Part shown: in pieces, positions 27,632-33,400 of the stretch
Position numbering within the stretch: position 1 is the stretch's first letter
Layout of the letters: every line of letters starts with the position of its first letter
Source: Promethearchaeota archaeon
Lineage (GTDB): Archaea; Asgardarchaeota; Lokiarchaeia; Sigyniarchaeales; SOKP01
Length of the DNA stretch: 33,400 bases
Direction: 5' to 3'
Assembly: GCA_016839765.1 (NCBI GenBank)
Contig: JAEOTP010000020.1
Coordinates: 1-33,400 of the forward strand
Program-made: the position numbers and the translations under genes
Notes under the pieces: generated by a model
What the model was told of the DNA's origin: nothing
What the model saw: only the letters and a program-made list of their open reading frames with translations
Database searches by the model: none

Positions 27632-28387
27632 ATGAGCCTTGAAGAGAAAATTAATCTAGCAGCAAAATGGATAGTTGATTCAGAAAGATTAGTTGTGTTT
27701 ACCGGAGCAGGAATATCCACTGATTCAGGCTTACCAGATTATCGTGGGCCGGACGGAGTATGGACAAGGCGCGATAAAGGACTGCCTCCGCCTAAAACAC
27801 CCCCATGGGATCAAGTAAAACCGAATCCTAACCATTACGCAATTATAGAGTTAATGGAAATGGGAAAACTAAATTATCTGATTTCCCAAAATATAGATGG
27901 GTTACATGCTAAATCAGGCATCCCATTTGATATGCTCAGTGAGCTTCACGGAAATTTATATTTCATGAAATGTATGTCGTGCAACAGGAAGATGACATTT
28001 GAAGAAGCAGGGTGGGATAAAGCAAAATGGGGTCCTGGATATAGAACAAATCAAGTTCAAAAAGACCAACCTGATTGTCCTTATTGTGGTGGTAGAATCA
28101 TTTCAAGTATTGTAAACTTTGGCGATCCATTACCCTATGACGAATTAGAAGAGTCAATCAAGCGATCTACAGACGCGGATGTATTTTTTGTAATAGGTTC
28201 ATCTTTAGTTGTAACACCGGCAGCTAACATGCCGGGTATTGCCAAAAAAAATGGAGCAAAATTAATAATTTTAAATAAGGGGGAAACTCCTTATGATTAT
28301 GCCACAGATTTAAGATTTGATAATTATATCGAAGAAGTTATTCCTCCTATTTTAGAAAAAGTTAAGGAAATGCTAAACGAAAGTTAG
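27632..28387 (+). CDS. cobB: NAD-dependent protein deacylase, Sir2 family (class IV/SIRT6-like features)
   Basis: GAGISTDSG.PDYRG, SQNIDGLH, ELHG, CxxC...CxxC zinc module, GSSL.V.PAA. Confidence 0.95.
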   Translation: MSLEEKINLAAKWIVDSERLVVFTGAGISTDSGLPDYRGPDGVWTRRDKGLPPPKTPPWDQVKPNPNHYAIIELMEMGKLNYLISQNIDGLHAKSGIPFDMLSELHGNLYFMKCMSCNRKMTFEEAGWDKAKWGPGYRTNQVQKDQPDCPYCGGRIISSIVNFGDPLPYDELEESIKRSTDADVFFVIGSSLVVTPAANMPGIAKKNGAKLIILNKGETPYDYATDLRFDNYIEEVIPPILEKVKEMLNES

Positions 28388-28421
28388 CTTGTCAATAAAG
28401 TTAAATTTAATTCAAGAATGA

Positions 28422-30071
28422 TTATTTTAATTTCCCATATAAAACTTTATTTCTATTATACTCTTTTAGAACTTTTTTTCCCTCTTTCGTTGATAATGAT
28501 AAAGAGATATCGCTATTCCGACTTAATGAACCAGTAAAAATCTGTTGATTATCAGTAAAAACAATAATATTACTACTAGCATATTCTGGATCAGCTTTTA
28601 GAACTATTTTTTGTCTTTGGACTTGTACATCTAGTTGAATTTTTCCTTTAATTGATTTTTTCTCTTTATAGAAGCTATTAAGTTTTTTATATTTTTCTGA
28701 TCTTATTGGATTAATAGGATTCACGACAATATCCTGTCCAAAAGAATACATTTCATATTCTAACTGTCTTGTTTTATAATCTCTTACTTCTACAACTGGT
28801 CTAGCAAGATCTTTATCTCTAAAGCCATGGGGAACTTTTACTGTCATTTTTATCGTTAAGACTCTTGAAATATCTCCATCTTCAATAAAAATGATAGTAT
28901 CTATTATTGAGGGGAGCATACCAAGTTCTATCCTGCCGATAAATCTCTGAATTGCATCAATTGCTGAAGATGAATGCACAACGCCTACCATACCAACTCC
29001 AGATAATCGAAAATCTGCATAAATTTGAAAATCTTTTGTTGTTCTCACTTCATCAAATATTGTAAAATCAGGTCGCACCAAAAGTAGGATGTCTGCTGAA
29101 TTTTCAAGGCTTCCTTCAAGCTTAGTATATTGTGTGATTTCAGGTTTAACTTGTAAATCTCTCACACTTTCTAATGTTTTTACAACCTTATTTTGGCGTA
29201 AATAGTAATTTGCTAATGCTGCTGAAAAAGTGCTCTTACCAGCTCCAGGTGACCCAGCGACAAGAATTCCCTCTGCTTTTTCTAGACGATTGCGGAGTCT
29301 TGAGTCGATGCTGTAATCTGATAACGTCAAATTAACGAGTGGGCGTACTGCAGTTATTTCAACATCATTAGAAAAAGGAGGGCGCGTAATTACGATTCTA
29401 AATTCTCGCAATTGGGCTACAACAGCACCAAACTTTTCAATTTCAACGAAGGAATGAGCATCTTCCCGTACAAATTCTATAATTTCCATTGCTATTTCTT
29501 CAATTTGATTTTTAGTTATTATATCGTCTCTTACTCTTTCTAAATACCAATTACCCGGGCTTCCTTTTTTCGCATAAGGAGGCAATCCTTGCTTTAAATG
29601 GACACTCATTGTATTTTCATCAAAAAATTCAATTAATTTGAGTGAAACTGAAGTAACTTCTGTTGGTGCTACTTTTTCCTTTACTGACATTACTTTAATT
29701 CCTTCAAAAATACCTACATCTCCTTGAATTCTATCTGATGTAATTAATACAGCCTCGTTTTCATGAGCACTTTCTCTAATTAACGCATCTAATTCTCCAC
29801 CAGGGGCCATTTTAATTTCTTCTCTAGTAGGTCTTTTTCCAATTATATGTAACTTTATTTTATTTTCCTCATGATACTGTCTAAGTCTTTTAAGGACATT
29901 TAAACCCAAAAATCCAATTTCTTTTTGAATATTTGTTCTGTATTCTACTTCAGCAACAACTACACTGGAAATGAAAATCTCTGGATATTCGCCCAGTTCT
30001 CCATCTTCAATCAAATCTAAAATGAGACCATTAAAAATAACCGATGTATCACATGCGAATTTATCTGGCAT
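28422..30071 (-). CDS. PIN-domain ATPase (PINA / COG1855)
   Basis: N-terminal PIN 'CDTSV...VVAEVE...ELDALIR...ITSD'; 'FFDENTMSVHLK'; Walker A GSPGAGKST; 'LLVRPDFTIFDEVR'; 'DAIQRFIGRIELG'; ATG at 30071 preferred. Confidence 0.93.
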   Translation of the reverse strand: MPDKFACDTSVIFNGLILDLIEDGELGEYPEIFISSVVVAEVEYRTNIQKEIGFLGLNVLKRLRQYHEENKIKLHIIGKRPTREEIKMAPGGELDALIRESAHENEAVLITSDRIQGDVGIFEGIKVMSVKEKVAPTEVTSVSLKLIEFFDENTMSVHLKQGLPPYAKKGSPGNWYLERVRDDIITKNQIEEIAMEIIEFVREDAHSFVEIEKFGAVVAQLREFRIVITRPPFSNDVEITAVRPLVNLTLSDYSIDSRLRNRLEKAEGILVAGSPGAGKSTFSAALANYYLRQNKVVKTLESVRDLQVKPEITQYTKLEGSLENSADILLLVRPDFTIFDEVRTTKDFQIYADFRLSGVGMVGVVHSSSAIDAIQRFIGRIELGMLPSIIDTIIFIEDGDISRVLTIKMTVKVPHGFRDKDLARPVVEVRDYKTRQLEYEMYSFGQDIVVNPINPIRSEKYKKLNSFYKEKKSIKGKIQLDVQVQRQKIVLKADPEYASSNIIVFTDNQQIFTGSLSRNSDISLSLSTKEGKKVLKEYNRNKVLYGKLK

Positions 30072-30678
30072 TCTCTTCCCCATCAGCATCTAACTTGCTA
30101 ATTATTTCAAACTTATTAACACTATAATAAATTGGTTTAGATAATCGATCAACTGTAGCAACAATTAAATCCTTTCGAGAGCTCATTGCCACTCGAGACA
30201 TTTTATCTAAATCTTTTAATTCAATTGGAGATCCTTCAAAAATCGGGTAAATTAAATATTTAGCAGCATTTTTCTCAAAATCTGCCCCCCTCTTATATAC
30301 ACGAAAATCAAGACCATCACCGTATCCAGCTCGTACAACATAGCCCCTTTTACGTAAATCCATATAAATTATATATTTTTGCCATAATCTTGGATCATAC
30401 TGAGTGAAAAATGTTAATAAATTTTCAAAATCATATATTTCATTACTTTTATCATTATCTCTCCATAATAAAATCCTATTTCTTTCACATAAGAGAAGAA
30501 CTTCTATTGGTTCCAAAATAAGCTTCTGTTCTCCATTATCACTCTCTTCTAAGGTACCAATATAGGAATTGCTGTAAAATTCTTCGATAGCTTTTTTATC
30601 ATAAATAAAGACTTTATCTTCCTCGAGAACTGCTTCGAACTGACTTTTCTCTACCTTTTCATCAGCTTTTTCTGTCAT
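30061..30678 (-). CDS. endA: tRNA-intron (splicing) endonuclease subunit, probably the structural/non-catalytic subunit
   Basis: 'LILEPIEVLLL', 'YIIYMDLRKRGYVVRAG...DFRVYKRG', 'RVAMSSRKDLIVATVD...YY'; the catalytic His position reads Ala. Confidence 0.85.
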   Translation of the reverse strand: MTEKADEKVEKSQFEAVLEEDKVFIYDKKAIEEFYSNSYIGTLEESDNGEQKLILEPIEVLLLCERNRILLWRDNDKSNEIYDFENLLTFFTQYDPRLWQKYIIYMDLRKRGYVVRAGYGDGLDFRVYKRGADFEKNAAKYLIYPIFEGSPIELKDLDKMSRVAMSSRKDLIVATVDRLSKPIYYSVNKFEIISKLDADGEENAR

Positions 30679-30820
30679 TTTCCAATTTATTATAGTATTT
30701 TATGTTTAATGAATTTAATCATAATAAGAAAATAATATCTATCTTATATTAATTAGAAAAAATCATTCCTTGATCATTTAATTTTTTATTAAGGAATAAA
30801 TATTTAAGAAAAATAATTTG

Positions 30821-31702
30821 CTAGCTTAGTCGAGATATTATGAAATTTACTAATTTACCAAGGTTTTTAACGTTTTCATAAATTTTTGGAGCCTTTTCTT
30901 CTAAATAGTCTTTAAAAACCTCCCAATTCTCTTTCTTTCCCGAAGGTGCCCCAGCTAATAATTTTTTAACTTCGTTAAAGTCATAGGTAAAGATTAGAGC
31001 ATTATCAACTCTATTAGCATCATCACTTAGTAGGAAAATATAATAATCATTTAAATCCCAAGGATTTAATACATAATCTGGTTTATTTCCATCCCCTGCG
31101 CTTTTTCCTCTCAATAAACGTGTATCCACCTGTGTTGGTAATACCATATTAAAAGTGATATTTTCGTTCTTATATTCTGCTGCCATAGATTTTTGCATCC
31201 CTACAACAGCAAATTTACTTGCTACATATGCAGTAAGTCTTATGGGAGCAATTGGATATGCTTGGCTTCCAGTAAATATAAATCTCGCTTTATTCTTTTT
31301 ATCATCTTTTTTCATATATGGATAAGCCGCTTTAAATGTAAAAAACACCCCTAATATATTAATATTTAAAATTTGGGAGAATTTTTCATTATCAAATTCA
31401 TGTGTTGCCCACATTCGTGAATAACCAGCATTTGCAATTATTCCATTTAATGGACCAAGTTCTTCATAAAAAGTTTTAAATGCTTCTGTAATTTCATCAT
31501 ATTTGGTAATATCTGCAATCTTTACGACTACTTTCGTATCAATTCCATGAGAAATAATTTCTTCTTTAGTTTGAGTTAATTCTTCAAGAGTTCGAGATAC
31601 TAACCCTATATTTGCTCCTTCTTTAGCACAAGCAATTGCAATAGCTTTACCAATTCCCCTTCCAGAACCAGTAATGACTATATTTTTATCCTTTAATATC
31701 AT
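30821..31702 (-). CDS. Short-chain dehydrogenase/reductase (classical SDR)
   Basis: TGSGRGIG, ANAG, YVASK catalytic motif; about 50-aa helical C-terminal extension. Confidence 0.92.
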   Translation of the reverse strand: MILKDKNIVITGSGRGIGKAIAIACAKEGANIGLVSRTLEELTQTKEEIISHGIDTKVVVKIADITKYDEITEAFKTFYEELGPLNGIIANAGYSRMWATHEFDNEKFSQILNINILGVFFTFKAAYPYMKKDDKKNKARFIFTGSQAYPIAPIRLTAYVASKFAVVGMQKSMAAEYKNENITFNMVLPTQVDTRLLRGKSAGDGNKPDYVLNPWDLNDYYIFLLSDDANRVDNALIFTYDFNEVKKLLAGAPSGKKENWEVFKDYLEEKAPKIYENVKNLGKLVNFIISRLS

Positions 31703-31822
31703 AATAAAATCAAAATTTAGTAGAATATAAGATTTACTTTTAAATGATTAAAAATCCACTTTTAATAAACGTAATGCTGAAAATAAAAGTTAATTTAGAG
31801 TATCTTCCTTATTCAATTGATC

Positions 31823-32398
31823 ATGAAAGAATTGTATGAAAAAATTCTGAGTAAACTGTTTGAAGCAAAAAAAATAGTATTTATGGGAATTGGAGAGGAG
31901 AAATTAACTGACGATGGAGTAGGTCCATATATTATCAGCGAACTATTATCGTATTCAAATAATAAAATTATATTTATAAACGCTGGAATAGATCCTATGG
32001 CTCGAATCGATGAAATAATTGATTTTTTCCCTACCCATTTAGTCATATTAGATACATGTACTCTAAATGAGCCGCCTGGAACCGTTGCACTAATAGAAAG
32101 AGAAATGATATGTGATTCTGTTCCAATTTCAACCCATACAATCCCGGTTCATATTGTAATTGATTTAATCCTAGAAAAATTACCTGATTTAAACGTATTC
32201 ATGATTGGATTTGTTCCAGAAAGTCTTGAAGGTTTTAATGATTTGAAATTATATAAAGGTGATAAAATCAATTTTGATGACTTAGGCGAGAATATTGATC
32301 TCCCTTTTTTTGAAATTAATTTAACCAAAAAAATTCAACAGGCCGCCTTACAAGTAATAAAAATTATAAAAAGATTGGTTAATGAATTCAAAACTTAG
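31823..32398 (+). CDS. hycI: Hydrogenase maturation protease (HycI family)
   Basis: 'VFMGIGEEKLTDDGVGP', 'PTHLVILD', 'PGTV', 'ISTHTIP', 'IGFVP'; ATG at 31823. Confidence 0.85.
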   Translation: MKELYEKILSKLFEAKKIVFMGIGEEKLTDDGVGPYIISELLSYSNNKIIFINAGIDPMARIDEIIDFFPTHLVILDTCTLNEPPGTVALIEREMICDSVPISTHTIPVHIVIDLILEKLPDLNVFMIGFVPESLEGFNDLKLYKGDKINFDDLGENIDLPFFEINLTKKIQQAALQVIKIIKRLVNEFKT

Positions 32399-32422
32399 CC
32401 ATAAATAGATAAATAGGTCCCG

Positions 32423-33400
32423 CTAGAAAACCCAGATTGACAAAAAAATAACAAGTATTATAATTAGGATCAAACTAATGCATGGCCATGAAAATAAAGC
32501 ATTTTTAACATAATTCAATTTAAAATCAACAGCTTCATGGGGACACAATTCCACACAACAATAGCATGTTATACATTTTTTTTTAATCCATTGTGGGATA
32601 TTCCCTTTTTTTATTTCAGGTGGAGGTATAATTGCATCTCCAGGGCAATTGCTCCAACATGTTGAACATAATTTGCATCTTTCCCTACTAAATTTAACAC
32701 TAGCTTTAAAAATAGTTTTACCTACGTAATCTGCTAGCCATTTTGGCAATGGCATTGAAATTGGACGCTTTTTAGGACGCTTGAAATCTCTCCTAATATT
32801 TTCAACTTTTTCCCCTAAAATTTCCATATTTTCTAAATTAGTAGTTCCTAATCCTTTTTTCTCCGCTTTGGCCAAATATATAATTTCATCTGGGTCAAAA
32901 CCAATAATTTTACATACAATTGTATCCAAAGCAATTCCATCAAAACCGGCTAAAATTAAATCTAAATTCATAACATCTCCTTGAGATGGGCCTTTCCCTT
33001 CTTGACATAAATATCCATCTATTAAAGTTAATTGAGGATTCGAAACAGAATAAATATCTGCTAATGCTGAACTAAACCTTTCTAGCGTAGGAAATTGAGC
33101 ATGAGTTTTTGCCTTATTGCCTAAAAGCATAGTACCAAACATATTTTTAATGCAACAGGTAAGGAGACACTGCCAATGCGTCTTAATTTTTGGAATATTT
33201 ATAATAAGGTCTGCGGTTTTTAGCAAATGAGAACTAGTGAATTCTTTCAATTCAAGAGGTTCTGGTACATCATAATGTTCTCTCTCAGTTTTTTCAAAGG
33301 GTATACATTCTACGCCTTCATTTTCACAGATAGCTTTAATTCCGCTTTCTTTCATAGCGGTTTCAGTAATTCCTGGTTTTTGACCTCCTGCAGAGTCACA
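32423..33400 (-). CDS. DUF362-domain protein with 2x[4Fe-4S] ferredoxin domain and C-terminal TM helix; N-terminus outside the window
   Basis: 'ADLIINIPKIKTH', 'KNMFG', 'EGKGP', CKLCSTCWSNCP and CITCYCCVELCP; the frame is open from 33355 to 33400 (CDSAGGQKPGITETA). Confidence 0.88.
   Translation of the reverse strand, partial: CDSAGGQKPGITETAMKESGIKAICENEGVECIPFEKTEREHYDVPEPLELKEFTSSHLLKTADLIINIPKIKTHWQCLLTCCIKNMFGTMLLGNKAKTHAQFPTLERFSSALADIYSVSNPQLTLIDGYLCQEGKGPSQGDVMNLDLILAGFDGIALDTIVCKIIGFDPDEIIYLAKAEKKGLGTTNLENMEILGEKVENIRRDFKRPKKRPISMPLPKWLADYVGKTIFKASVKFSRERCKLCSTCWSNCPGDAIIPPPEIKKGNIPQWIKKKCITCYCCVELCPHEAVDFKLNYVKNALFSWPCISLILIIILVIFLSIWVF

Noticed and set aside
27032-32984. Antisense ORFs 27032..27292, 31813..32046 and 32781..32984
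   Set aside because: They overlap better-supported genes on the opposite strand
1-33400. tRNA/rRNA genes, CRISPR arrays, transposases, selenocysteine read-through
   Set aside because: No GC-rich structured RNA islands, regularly spaced repeats or transposase motifs seen; the TGA stops examined (14589, 15533, 26976) are not in redox-motif contexts and fall at plausible protein ends

Overview
A very AT-rich, gene-dense archaeal chromosomal segment. The gene content points to an Asgard archaeon, most likely Lokiarchaeia/Promethearchaeota (inference): an actin-family protein, a stand-alone longin-like protein, archaeal EndA, a PINA ATPase and a COG1202 helicase. About 30 protein-coding genes are supported. 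One (a HEAT/winged-helix protein at the left edge) is missing from the ORF track, and two small intergenic ORFs are also unlisted. I see no rRNA, tRNA, CRISPR array or transposase. The most striking element is a divergent actin (4778..6304) with an ~130-aa insertion carrying four CxxC motifs and substitutions at the actin ATP-hydrolysis residues. It lies in a co-oriented run with a membrane-anchored prenyltransferase-fold protein, a longin-like protein and a DRG-family GTPase whose four G-motifs are all non-canonical. Other eukaryote-like or unusual genes: an SSUH2-like DnaJ-zinc-finger protein, a SIRT6/class-IV-like sirtuin, a probably non-catalytic tRNA splicing endonuclease subunit, a long membrane-anchored coiled coil and a threonine synthase-wHTH fusion. 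All family calls come from motif recognition by eye; no database search was run.
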